Below are positions 40,633-50,870 of a stretch of DNA of 64,000 nt, one piece after another. The notes under the pieces were generated by a model. The model was not told the DNA's origin and made no database searches. It saw only the letters and a list, made by a program, of their open reading frames with translations. Position 1 is the stretch's first letter; every line of letters starts with the position of its first letter. The stretch is from an uncultured virus (IMG/VR IMGVR_UViG_3300029705_000102) (lineage: Duplodnaviria; Heunggongvirae; Uroviricota; Caudoviricetes): IMG/VR virus record IMGVR_UViG_3300029705_000102, one strand, 5' to 3'. Both the position numbers and the translations under genes were made by a program.

Positions 40633-42885
40633 TTATTCATCATCACAATCATCAGGAATTGAAGCAGAGGCTGTAACCTTATCAGGATCTTCAAAGAAGA
40701 TCATAGGCTCATAGAATTCTCCAGGATTTGGCTTGAATTCTTCTTCCTTAGGCGGTTCTATTCCTTGAATTGCATACTGAGGTTTTTCCATAAAGAATAG
40801 ATCCATAAATGATGAACCATTCTTTTTGAAGGTTAGCGGATTATAAAGAAGTTTTCCTACTTTTTGATAGCTCATAGATACCGTGATACTAGGATTGCAA
40901 GTCAATGCTCTGTTGAGTGACAAAATCTCATAATTAGGATCATAGAGAAACCACTTCGGCTTCTTTAAAATATCCTCAGGATCTCTTAATTGATTGGACA
41001 CAATAACTTCAATATGAGTTGAAGATATTCCTAAACCACCGTCATTAGCTGTCTCCAGAAGTGCTTGAAGAAGTTGGTGGATATCCATTCCTTTAATCGT
41101 ACTATTTTTATTCAGTAGATTATTCAAGTGATTAAGAGTCTTAGAAAGTTCATTATTCTCGATAGGAACAATAAACAATGTCATTTCTGCAAGTTCAGAA
41201 AAGTCTACATGAATACATCCATCAATAGGCTCACCTTTCTTTCTAATAACAGAATTAAATTCATTAGAAATATAAAGCTTTGCTCCTTTGTCATTGGATA
41301 TATGGAATGTTTCTCCATTCTGAATTACATCAAATTCTGTAATATATTCATTATAAATAGAAGGTCCATCATCGTCATCTCCCCCGAGATCATCGTCTTC
41401 TTCGTTTTCAAGTTCAATGAACTCCGGATCAAGAACGAAAGTACAATTCTTAGATTCGGCATCGGAATTAATACGAATCATGTTTCCTTCAACTTCAAAG
41501 AGCTCTGCAAATTTATCAACCCAAACAAGTTTTTCAACAAATGTTTCAAGAAGATGCTTTGCAGAAAGAAGCTTCTGAGTAAGGCTAGATGACAATGTTT
41601 CACTAGCGATACGTCCTACATTAACACCAAAATTAATTGCAGCATCATAAACTGTATATGCAAGATCCCCATAGCATTTATAACAAATACCTTGTCCTCT
41701 TGCTGCTGATGCACAAGTAATAGGCGAACGTAATAGAATTTCTTTACCGATAAGATGCTTATCTTTAGGAGTAATAAGCATTTCAACCCCATGAGGATCT
41801 AATCTATAATATCTATTACGAAGCATTTTTAATGTTTTAGCGTCCTTAATAGTAATTCTGACAAAATTAGGACTGCAGCAATCATAGTTGGGATCAGGAT
41901 TCAAAAACGAATCCATATTATTCAAACCAAGAAGACGTGCAAAGTGTCCAGAAGAACCAACGTTATTATATTTAATAATTTGCGCTGTTCTACCTGTAGA
42001 TGATTCAATGAAATAATCAATGGGATTTGCTACACCGCCATTGATAAATGAGTTATAAATCGGAACAGGGAAAATGCCTCCATGACCATCAGGCTTGCTT
42101 CCGATATTAATTGTAAATTCTTTAAACTGCTTCGGGTTTATTCCTTCAGAAGCTCTACAAGCATCTGCAAGACAATGATCATAACCCAAATATTGTTTTG
42201 CATTTTTCATAATATCGATTGCTCTGTTAGCGAATTTCATACCTTCTGCTTTAACATCTTCAATCGGTACATTATGAAGATCTGCATGCATACATTCATA
42301 GAATTCAGGGCATTTCTGCATAAGCAAAACATTATCTTCAAGATTAACTGTATTTGCCAAAAAGAGTGCAAATTCATCTATATCATGAATACGATGCAGC
42401 GTATCATCAATGATATTATTAAGCTCTTTATTAGAGAATTTTTTGCGGCTAGTATCGATAAGAAATTTATCAATATAATCTTTAATTGTATCTTTCTTTA
42501 TCTCATTTGCAAAGAATACATGCTTTGATTCTACAGGAACCCCTGTCTGAATTAGCATATCCCACATAATAAGATTTAACAAATAATCTGGAACCATCAA
42601 ATCCAAAACTTTCTTATCATAAAAATTTACGACAATAAATGATTTTTGAATTAATTCTGTTTCGATTCCATCTCTAAGAAGATTTAAGACAGAATCATAA
42701 TGACTCTGCCAGTTTGCTTTTGTAATGTCTTTTGTTTTGACAAAGACTTGCTCACCATTAACTAATGGGGCATAAATACCATAATTTTCTGGGTGGCCTA
42801 ATGCGGATGAGCCACAATCCTGAACGAAATAACCCTGCTCAAGGCGCATTCGTTCAATTTTTTCGTTGATTGTTTGTTTTGCCAT
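40633..42885 (-). CDS. Non-virion RNA polymerase beta' subunit, C-terminal part
   Basis: GRTA...VGSSGHFARLL (bridge-helix region), LRSPITC...ICYKCYG, TQKLLSAKH, HIEVIVSNQLRD. Confidence 0.9.
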   Translation of the reverse strand: MAKQTINEKIERMRLEQGYFVQDCGSSALGHPENYGIYAPLVNGEQVFVKTKDITKANWQSHYDSVLNLLRDGIETELIQKSFIVVNFYDKKVLDLMVPDYLLNLIMWDMLIQTGVPVESKHVFFANEIKKDTIKDYIDKFLIDTSRKKFSNKELNNIIDDTLHRIHDIDEFALFLANTVNLEDNVLLMQKCPEFYECMHADLHNVPIEDVKAEGMKFANRAIDIMKNAKQYLGYDHCLADACRASEGINPKQFKEFTINIGSKPDGHGGIFPVPIYNSFINGGVANPIDYFIESSTGRTAQIIKYNNVGSSGHFARLLGLNNMDSFLNPDPNYDCCSPNFVRITIKDAKTLKMLRNRYYRLDPHGVEMLITPKDKHLIGKEILLRSPITCASAARGQGICYKCYGDLAYTVYDAAINFGVNVGRIASETLSSSLTQKLLSAKHLLETFVEKLVWVDKFAELFEVEGNMIRINSDAESKNCTFVLDPEFIELENEEDDDLGGDDDDGPSIYNEYITEFDVIQNGETFHISNDKGAKLYISNEFNSVIRKKGEPIDGCIHVDFSELAEMTLFIVPIENNELSKTLNHLNNLLNKNSTIKGMDIHQLLQALLETANDGGLGISSTHIEVIVSNQLRDPEDILKKPKWFLYDPNYEILSLNRALTCNPSITVSMSYQKVGKLLYNPLTFKKNGSSFMDLFFMEKPQYAIQGIEPPKEEEFKPNPGEFYEPMIFFEDPDKVTASASIPDDCDDE

Positions 42886-42984
42886 TTTCATTCTCCTTTT
42901 ATGTGTATTTTGCTTTTCGTTGTTATTACTTTGTTTTTGAAACATTAACAACTTATTTTTATCATAATTATAATATGTATCTAA

Positions 42985-43092
42985 AAAGAAATATGCGATA
43001 GTCCGAAGACTATCGCATACGTACTTTATTACAATGAAAGGAGATAAACAAAATGAACTTCAACCGAAAACATCTTTGTTTATATAGATGTT
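42985..43092 (-). ncRNA. Putative late small RNA with a complete anti-(SD+AUG) module
   Basis: Promoter AACA TCTATA TAA at 43092-43080; UUCAUUUUGUUUAUCUCCUUUC; terminator with a cUUCGg loop at 42991-43020. Confidence 0.55.
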
Positions 43093-43093
43093 A

Positions 43094-43525
43094 TTACTTT
43101 CTGAAATATTCAGGAATAGAAGCTTCAACAAATTCTTTATCGATAGCTTTCATAACAACAGCAGATTTATCGCCATATTTAGCAATGAGATCATTCATTA
43201 CTCTACGTTCCTGAATACGAAGAGATACAAGCTCATCCCAAAGGGGATCATCCTCTTCCTTTGCCATATGGCAAACTGTAGTTCTGAGAAGAGTATTCAC
43301 ATTACCGTCAGCAAGTCTATCAATCATATCCTGATTGATAACTCCAGCTTCCATCATAGCTTTGGCTTCATCAGATTTAATAAATTCTTTAATCTTCGCA
43401 GAAGGAAGATTGCTCAAAGTTTCAAAAACAACTGCCTCACGAAACTGATTAGGGTTCTTGAGGGCACTTTCTAACTTGACATCAGCAGATCCAAAGATCT
43501 TGCTGTTTACCATTTCCATAAACAT
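43094..43525 (-). CDS. Hypothetical late protein
   Basis: AGGAGG RBS; late-type promoter at 43550-43562. Confidence 0.8.
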   Translation of the reverse strand: MFMEMVNSKIFGSADVKLESALKNPNQFREAVVFETLSNLPSAKIKEFIKSDEAKAMMEAGVINQDMIDRLADGNVNTLLRTTVCHMAKEEDDPLWDELVSLRIQERRVMNDLIAKYGDKSAVVMKAIDKEFVEASIPEYFRK

Positions 43526-43653
43526 ATCATGAGTCCTCCTAATTGATATTTATATAAATGTTGCTTGATTAGATATTATCATTATGAGCATAATATGAAC
43601 TTTCATAATGCCAAAAACAAAATTATAATATATTAAATGGAGGTATATTAGAA

Positions 43654-44103
43654 ATGCGAATTCCAGACACATTAACAAGACAGCAAGCAATGTATTTGCT
43701 TGAAAAATATTTATTAGACGAAGAATCAACCCCTAATTTATCACTAGACCAGTTAACAAATGGCTATATAAAAGCAGATCTTGTGCAGCAAGTAAACTGT
43801 GATAGAGTTCATAGAATTTTATATAAGCATAGTAAAAAATATAGAAATCAATCGCCTCATAAGTCTGAGCTTTTAAATTATGAACAAGCTATAGGCAAAA
43901 TAATGGGATATTTGCTTGGAGACAATTATTATATCGTAGATCCAGTAAATATGGAGCAAGGAAATTCTGTAATTGTACATGACATTTTAAAGCAATATTC
44001 TAAGCGTTATAGAAAAGAGCTTAGAGAAGAGTCTAAAATGGATACTTACTTTAGATTATTTGGCCGTACTATAATAATCAAAAAGAAGGAGAAGCGTAAA
44101 TGA
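43654..44103 (+). CDS. Hypothetical protein
   Basis: GGAGGT RBS; coupled to the downstream polymerase gene; both promoter types upstream. Confidence 0.8.
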   Translation: MRIPDTLTRQQAMYLLEKYLLDEESTPNLSLDQLTNGYIKADLVQQVNCDRVHRILYKHSKKYRNQSPHKSELLNYEQAIGKIMGYLLGDNYYIVDPVNMEQGNSVIVHDILKQYSKRYRKELREESKMDTYFRLFGRTIIIKKKEKRK

Positions 44104-46205
44104 AAGATAATATGCGAACTTCATTAGCAAGATATCCAGAAAGTGATATCTTGTATAATTATAAGAAAGTAGCAATGGAAATGCTACATTTTAATTTTCC
44201 GTCATTGAGTGAGGTTGAGTTAGCAGCGGCTGTTGATAACTCTATTTCTAAGCATTTTAAAGATACTGCCGTTCAGATTGATAATAATTATAAAAAGAAA
44301 ACAATTGATATGACATTAAGAGGTCTTGCAGATTATATAATCTCAAGAGAACCAATTATAACCTCTTATGGAGTTCTATTTAACAGACACGGTGTATTGC
44401 CGAATCCTATATATACAATGGTCGATGGATTTATTAATGACCGTAAGAAAATGAAAAAAGAAATGTTTAAGTATCCGAAAGGATCTGAAGATTTCGAGAA
44501 ATACAATTTGCTTCAGTTACTTTTGAAGATAGACAGTAATGGATTCTATGGCGCCACAGGCCAGTATAGTTGTATATATTATAACCTCTATACTGCATCT
44601 AGTGTAACAACTCAAGGAAGATCTTGTAACTCTGCAGCTGCTCTATTCTTTGAAAGCTTCTTAAATAATAATGTTCCTCATGCATCTATGAATGAGCTTA
44701 TTACATTCATTCATAATGTGCTTAATGAGAAGCATCATTATAACAGCAATGATATTATTACCAACCATGCAACTCTTGATGAAACATTCTTCCAGTTAAT
44801 GTCCACTACTGGATTCGGATGGGTACCTTCGTATGATGAGATGTATATCGTTTGGGATATTCTTGCTAAATTAAATCAAGATGAATTAGATAGGCTTTTC
44901 TACAAGAATAATCTATTCCACTTTATCGATAATATTCCAGTAAAACAGTCTATTTTGTTTATTCTTCAGCAATTATCTGCTCCCTTCATGGATCCGAATG
45001 AGCCGCCAGAGGAAATTCAAGAAGCACTTGATGAATTTTTGGCAGTTGTTCAAGAGTATGTTTATTATGATAAACAAATTACAGATCGTATTGAGAAGAT
45101 GGCATCCCTAGTTCGTTCCGTATCTATTATTCAAGACACAGACTCTGCTATCATTAGCCTTGATGGTTGGTATCAGTATGTAAGACAATTATGTGTCGGT
45201 GTGCCGATGAATATTAAGAATGAAGTTGTTGATGCTCTTGAATTTATTGAAAGCGGAGAAGTTAAAACATCTGAATCTAAACAAAAGATTATGGACTATA
45301 GCTTCTTAGACGATGATATGATTGAAATGGATAGACTGATAGATCCTATGGTTATCACACCTCAGGATGGACTCAGATACTCTATTATCAATATTCTGGC
45401 ATACTGTATTGGTAAGCTTGTCAATGATTATATGGAAAAGTATGCAAGAAATGCTCATAGTGATAATGAACGTCCTTGCCTACTTGTTCTCAAGAACGAA
45501 TTCCTATTTAAGCGTGTTCTTATTACAGATGCTAAAAAGCACTATGCATCAAAGATGGAACTTCAGGAAGGAAATATTATTCCTGAAGATAAATCCCTTG
45601 ATATTAAGGGCATGGATGCATTTGTTAAATCCAGTACTAATAATGCAATTAAAGAAAGATTGAAAAAGATTCTTTATGATGATATTCTTAATTCAGAATC
45701 TATAGATCAGATTAGGGTTTTAAAGGATATAGCTATCGTTGAAAAAGAAATCTTTGATTCTATCAATAATGGCGAAAAGAGATTCTTTAAACCTGTAAAG
45801 GTAAAGTCTCTTTCTTCTTATGAAAATCCTATGCGTATTCAGGGTATTGTAGCTTCCTATGCATATAATGCATTGCATGAACCTGGAACTGAAGCATTGG
45901 ATATGAGCATAAGAAATTCTGTTGATATCGCAAAAGTTGATATTAATATGAAAAATATCGATCGTATTAGAGAGTCATTTCCTTATGTATATGAGAAGGC
46001 TATACAACTTATGAAGACAAAGGAATTTTCTACAGGAATATCTTCTATAGCTATTCCTTCTAACGAGCCTGTTCCTGGATGGATTCTGCCATTTATTGAA
46101 TACGCTCCCATTATTAAGGACAATGTATCAGGATTCCCGATTGAGTCTATAGGGCTATTTAGAGGTCCAGATACAAATAATTCTACTAATATAATTAAAT
46201 TTTAA
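44100..46205 (+). CDS. Family B DNA polymerase, C-terminal catalytic subunit
   Basis: Motif B QLLLKIDSNGFYG, VTTQGR, motif C QDTDS, KKHYA, DIKG. Confidence 0.9.
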   Translation: MKDNMRTSLARYPESDILYNYKKVAMEMLHFNFPSLSEVELAAAVDNSISKHFKDTAVQIDNNYKKKTIDMTLRGLADYIISREPIITSYGVLFNRHGVLPNPIYTMVDGFINDRKKMKKEMFKYPKGSEDFEKYNLLQLLLKIDSNGFYGATGQYSCIYYNLYTASSVTTQGRSCNSAAALFFESFLNNNVPHASMNELITFIHNVLNEKHHYNSNDIITNHATLDETFFQLMSTTGFGWVPSYDEMYIVWDILAKLNQDELDRLFYKNNLFHFIDNIPVKQSILFILQQLSAPFMDPNEPPEEIQEALDEFLAVVQEYVYYDKQITDRIEKMASLVRSVSIIQDTDSAIISLDGWYQYVRQLCVGVPMNIKNEVVDALEFIESGEVKTSESKQKIMDYSFLDDDMIEMDRLIDPMVITPQDGLRYSIINILAYCIGKLVNDYMEKYARNAHSDNERPCLLVLKNEFLFKRVLITDAKKHYASKMELQEGNIIPEDKSLDIKGMDAFVKSSTNNAIKERLKKILYDDILNSESIDQIRVLKDIAIVEKEIFDSINNGEKRFFKPVKVKSLSSYENPMRIQGIVASYAYNALHEPGTEALDMSIRNSVDIAKVDINMKNIDRIRESFPYVYEKAIQLMKTKEFSTGISSIAIPSNEPVPGWILPFIEYAPIIKDNVSGFPIESIGLFRGPDTNNSTNIIKF

Positions 46206-46267
46206 GAAAATGGAGGGTAGTAATACCCTCCATTCTTTTTTTTTGTAATTTAAAGGTTTTTTAATTG

Positions 46268-46542
46268 TATATCATTACAATGAGAAAGAGAAGCATTAGA
46301 ATCTCTTAATCCTTTTATTCGTAGACATCTGATCTGCGCGCAATTGGATGTCGATTCGAAGCTACTTATTCTCATATAATATGCAGGAGGTGGTGAATTC
46401 AACCATTCTCCTTATTCAAAGCCTCCTGTGGTCATGTGGGACCCGGGATCATTCTGCTACTAGCACTAGCAGTCTGACCGTTATTAACCTCGAAAGAGTT
46501 TAATATATAAAACAAAAATTTTACGCAAAGGAGAATGGTAAA
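46268..46542 (+). promoter_or_regulatory. Long structured 5' leader containing an anti-RBS element
   Basis: Early-type motif at 46268; several stems with G.U pairs; 46402-46413 is the exact complement of the downstream RBS at 46528-46539. Confidence 0.55.
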
Positions 46543-46875
46543 ATGGCACACGACAATACCGGCAGCAATTTTGCAGCAGAAGAGGATCTTATGAATAAAG
46601 AGTTCAGAAAGAATAACCTCAACAACATCAACAAAAAAGAGTTTGAAAAGGATATCAATCCGGAAAATCCTGCAAGCGAAATCAATAAGAAAAATGAAGA
46701 GCTTATTGATCCCATGGCTTGCGAAGCAAGTCCTGAAGAGCTCGAAGCTAAAAAGAAGAAATGGATGGACATCTTCCAAAGATGCCCTGATTTCGCAAAT
46801 TGGATTCTTGAAATCTATGAAGGAGTCGGATCTGCCGGCCTTGATGATATCATGAATGCATATTTCCATAACTAA
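46543..46875 (+). CDS. Small acidic hypothetical protein
   Basis: AAGGAG RBS; contains LIDPM; terminator follows. Confidence 0.8.
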   Translation: MAHDNTGSNFAAEEDLMNKEFRKNNLNNINKKEFEKDINPENPASEINKKNEELIDPMACEASPEELEAKKKKWMDIFQRCPDFANWILEIYEGVGSAGLDDIMNAYFHN

Positions 46876-46986
46876 TTTAAATTAGTTATGGAAAAGAAAG
46901 AGCTTTATAAAGCTCTTTCTTTTTTTTAATTACCTCATGTTAGCTTTATATAGAATCTAGAACGAAATATTAAGGGGTGATGAATT

Positions 46987-48522
46987 ATGAATAAAATCGT
47001 TGTTTATCGAACTCATATAGAAATAAACAATTATAGAAGAGGGGATTGCCCTCAATTAGAAAAAACATTCTCTGTTTATGATAGACTTTATCATAGACGA
47101 TTTCCGAAAGGAATGATATATGATGAAGAGAGAGGAGTACTCATGCTCCCTAGAGGTATTGATATCGGATATGTAGAAAGGCTTCTACAGTCCGAACCTG
47201 TTGTTGATGGAACTATAGATCCAATAGGAGATGTGGGTCCAATTATGCTTAAATATAAACCTAGAGATACTACACAACAAGAAGCTATAAGATTTATGCT
47301 TAGTATGGATAAATATAAAAGAAATGAAAATAGCACAATGCTGTCAGTAAACTTAAATACTGGTAAAGGTAAAACATATTGTGCTATTGCAACTGCTGCA
47401 TATCTGGGATATAGATCTATAGTTATCACAGATAATATTGGTTGGTTAGAGCAGTGGAAAAATTTCTTTATTGAATACACAGATATTACAGCTGACGAGA
47501 TCTATATGATTTCAGGAGCTCCTTCATTAATGAAGCTCTTTAATAGAGACATTTCAAAATATAAAGTTATTCTTTCAACTCATTCTACTATTAAGAGTAT
47601 TGGAGATAAGCAAGGATGGGATAAGATTAGATCATTCTTCACTCATTGTCAGATAGGAATCAAATACTATGATGAGGCTCATTTGAATTTTGACAATATG
47701 TTTCAGATTGATTGTTATTCAAATACATTTTTGACTTATTATTTAACAGCTACTCCTGGTAGAAGCGATGCCGGGGAAGATGCAATATTTAGTTTATATT
47801 TCAAAAATGTGCCGTCAATCAATCTATTCAATATCGAATCAGATCCGCATACGAAATATGCTGCAATTAGATTCAATTCTAATCCGACCCCAGTTAATGC
47901 AGCTAGCTGTAAAAATAAATATGGATTAAACAGAATTGCATATACCGATTATCTAGTTAGAAATGATAATTTTCAGCAATTACTAATTATTTTGGTCAAT
48001 ATGGCAATTCGAAAACCTGGAAAACATTTGTTCTATATCGGAACTAATGAAGCAATTCTTTATGTAAGAGACTTAATATATCAGAATTTTCCAGAATTGA
48101 TAGGACAGATAGGAATTTATACAAGTATAATTCCTCCTGATAAAAAGCCTAGAGAACTTGAAAAGAAGATAATATTAAGTACGACTAAAAGTGCTGGAGC
48201 CGCAATGGATATAAAAGGTCTTGTAGAAACAGTTAATCTTGCAGAGCCTTTTAAATCCAAAGTTTTGGCTCAGCAAACTCTTGGTAGAACTAGAGCAGCA
48301 AATACACTATATAAAGATATTGTAGACACAGGATTCTATTATACAAAGAAATTCTATGATTTTAAGAAGCCTGTATTTAAAAAATATGCATCTGAATGCG
48401 TAGAAATTAATATGAATAAAGATGATATTGATAAACGAGTTCTGGGTATAATGGATAATAGAAGCAAAATGATTCAACCAATGGAATTTGCTGATAATCC
48501 ATTTAAATCCGAAGAATCGTAA
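46987..48522 (+). CDS. Superfamily 2 (UvsW-like, DEAH) helicase
   Basis: NTGKGKT, YYDEAH, LTATPGR, QTLGRT. Confidence 0.9.
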   Translation: MNKIVVYRTHIEINNYRRGDCPQLEKTFSVYDRLYHRRFPKGMIYDEERGVLMLPRGIDIGYVERLLQSEPVVDGTIDPIGDVGPIMLKYKPRDTTQQEAIRFMLSMDKYKRNENSTMLSVNLNTGKGKTYCAIATAAYLGYRSIVITDNIGWLEQWKNFFIEYTDITADEIYMISGAPSLMKLFNRDISKYKVILSTHSTIKSIGDKQGWDKIRSFFTHCQIGIKYYDEAHLNFDNMFQIDCYSNTFLTYYLTATPGRSDAGEDAIFSLYFKNVPSINLFNIESDPHTKYAAIRFNSNPTPVNAASCKNKYGLNRIAYTDYLVRNDNFQQLLIILVNMAIRKPGKHLFYIGTNEAILYVRDLIYQNFPELIGQIGIYTSIIPPDKKPRELEKKIILSTTKSAGAAMDIKGLVETVNLAEPFKSKVLAQQTLGRTRAANTLYKDIVDTGFYYTKKFYDFKKPVFKKYASECVEINMNKDDIDKRVLGIMDNRSKMIQPMEFADNPFKSEES

Positions 48523-48611
48523 ATAAAGGATTCTTTAACGATATACTATAAAAGTGAATGAGAGAAGGAATAAATCCTTCTCTCATAATTTTTATAAGGA
48601 GGTACAGAATA

Positions 48612-49982
48612 ATGAAAGGAAAGGCAATTTTTAATCCTTTAGTTACGATGTACAAGTACGGAGCAGATAAAACAGCTCCACTCGCGAAAGACCGTGTAGC
48701 CGGTATTATCAATGATAATGAGAGTGAAACCACTCGTAAAGATAATACAGCTACAACCACCACCAAAGTTGACGAAACTGTCAACGCAACAGATGTAGGA
48801 GAAGCAGCAAAGACTGCTGGCTCCGAATCCGCAGGATCTGATGGAGTCCTTGACTTTAGCATGTTTGGTGTCAAAATTGATACCGATGCAATGTCTGGAG
48901 CAGTCAGATTTGAATCGCAGGAAGAAGAGAAAGCCTGTGCAAGACGTATGGTAGACGATGCCATTCGTCGAAACGGCATCAATACAAATCCTGCGGCAAA
49001 TCCCATTTTTGGTAATCAGCCTATGAACAAAGGAGCTCCTATGCAGGGTGCAAGTCAGCAGCCTGTTGTTGGAAGAGGTAGACATAAGGTTGATAACCCG
49101 ACTCAGCAGAAGCCCAAGCCTCCTAAGGCAGAAGCGGATAATGTTGAGTTTACTCCCGGCGTTCTCAATATTGAAGTAGAGCCACCTAAGCCTCCTAAGA
49201 CTTGGCCTGATCCTACGAACAATGTTCTTGAGAATGCAGAGCCCATTCCCGAAACTGCTCAGTCCTTTGATAATTCTGCAGTGATTGCTCAGTTCAATCA
49301 ATGTGCAGGACTTTTGAGGGATATTGAGAAGATTGCATCTGAGGTCGGAGTCCATGTCCAGATGATTTCGAAGCCCGGAAGCAATGGCCAGCCCAGTGGT
49401 TTGATCGAATGCTATGTGTATACAGGTCAGCCTACTCCGAATCCTTTCAAGGGATTCACAATCGACACCGGTGCTATCATCGATCGTCGAGTAAAGATCT
49501 TCCCTGCAATTGTTGAAGCAGGTTATGAGGATCTTCCCGCATATCCTGTAATGATTTCCAGAGATGGAAAGGAAGAATCTGACAATAAGAAGAAGGTTGT
49601 CGATGCTAAGTTGATTAAAACTCTTCTTGTCGGAGGTGCACAAATGCTTACTCCTAGCTCTATGTACACAAAAGATTATATGGAGCTTAATAAGCATGTA
49701 GCAATCATTACTATGCCTACAAGTCACATGAATTCTGAGACTCGTAAGGCCGTTCGAGATCGCCTGCTCAATGCAATGAGATCTGGTCTCTTCGAAGAAG
49801 CAGCGAAAATCGATCAGTTCGCAAGATTCCGCTTTGTACCTAAGTCGTACAATAAGCAGACCCTTGAGTTCGAACTCTCTAGCCAGGGTGTTCCTTACAG
49901 ATTCTGTGGTCCTTGCATGAGCAAGAAAAATATCACAATCAAGTTTGGAAAAGATGGCAAGGCAACAATGTCTCATGAATAA
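48612..49982 (+). CDS. Early hypothetical protein with a long Pro-rich, probably disordered N-terminal half
   Basis: AAGGAGG RBS; early-type motif at 48542. Confidence 0.85.
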   Translation: MKGKAIFNPLVTMYKYGADKTAPLAKDRVAGIINDNESETTRKDNTATTTTKVDETVNATDVGEAAKTAGSESAGSDGVLDFSMFGVKIDTDAMSGAVRFESQEEEKACARRMVDDAIRRNGINTNPAANPIFGNQPMNKGAPMQGASQQPVVGRGRHKVDNPTQQKPKPPKAEADNVEFTPGVLNIEVEPPKPPKTWPDPTNNVLENAEPIPETAQSFDNSAVIAQFNQCAGLLRDIEKIASEVGVHVQMISKPGSNGQPSGLIECYVYTGQPTPNPFKGFTIDTGAIIDRRVKIFPAIVEAGYEDLPAYPVMISRDGKEESDNKKKVVDAKLIKTLLVGGAQMLTPSSMYTKDYMELNKHVAIITMPTSHMNSETRKAVRDRLLNAMRSGLFEEAAKIDQFARFRFVPKSYNKQTLEFELSSQGVPYRFCGPCMSKKNITIKFGKDGKATMSHE

Positions 49983-50082
49983 TCATTGGGCATTTGCCGA
50001 TCCCAGGTACCTTTTGGTACCTGGGATTATTTTTTAATGCTTCGGCAACTTTTAAGTAACAGTTTTAAGGAGAATGAAAATC

Positions 50083-50868
50083 ATGCCGAATGAATTAATA
50101 GAACCAATGGAGTTCTTTAAAATAGATAAAGTTTCAGATGATGTTTATGCTATTGGTCCTAATGTCATTCTGAAGTTTAATGTATCTCTATCCAAAATGT
50201 CAAATGGAAAGAGATTTCATTTTCATAAAGAATATGAATATCCGTCGAGAGGCGTTCCGGGCCTTTCGACTCTTGTAACTATAAAAAGAAGTTTTGACTA
50301 TTATCTTTCGATAGAAAATATGACAAAAGATAATAGTGGAAATAAATTATTTATAAGAATTGGTCCTCAAGAATATATGATATTTAAAAGAGGACTTGAA
50401 GAAGCTATTTCCTGGTTTACTGATAATAAATATGCAAAACTATTTGCAAGAGATAGAGGTAAACTAATTCTGATGCCTCCAGTACCAGAATTTGTAATGC
50501 AAAATCTTCCAATGCAAAAGTATATACACATTCAGCCAATTATTATTGATAGAGGTATGGCCAATGATGATAAAGAACCCGGTATTAGATTAACACTGGG
50601 TGATAATTCGAATGTAATTGACATTAATCTTGATAGATTGATGGGATTATACTATACAATTTCTTGCTTTAATATGTATCAAGCAGCTTTGATCATGGTC
50701 AACTATATTCAAAGACCTGAATTTGGTACAAATCGCTTTGTGATGGAGCCTTCACATCTAATGGGTCAAGAATCTGGCGTAAGGTATGGCTCATCTGGAA
50801 TAGAAGGAAGATTTGTAACTCCTCAAGGAAGTCCAGACAATATAAAAACCTTGGAAGGAGGACAATAA
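50083..50868 (+). CDS. Hypothetical protein
   Basis: AAGGAG RBS; N-terminal LIEPMEFF; late-type promoter at 50047-50059. Confidence 0.85.
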   Translation: MPNELIEPMEFFKIDKVSDDVYAIGPNVILKFNVSLSKMSNGKRFHFHKEYEYPSRGVPGLSTLVTIKRSFDYYLSIENMTKDNSGNKLFIRIGPQEYMIFKRGLEEAISWFTDNKYAKLFARDRGKLILMPPVPEFVMQNLPMQKYIHIQPIIIDRGMANDDKEPGIRLTLGDNSNVIDINLDRLMGLYYTISCFNMYQAALIMVNYIQRPEFGTNRFVMEPSHLMGQESGVRYGSSGIEGRFVTPQGSPDNIKTLEGGQ

Positions 50869-50870
50869 CA

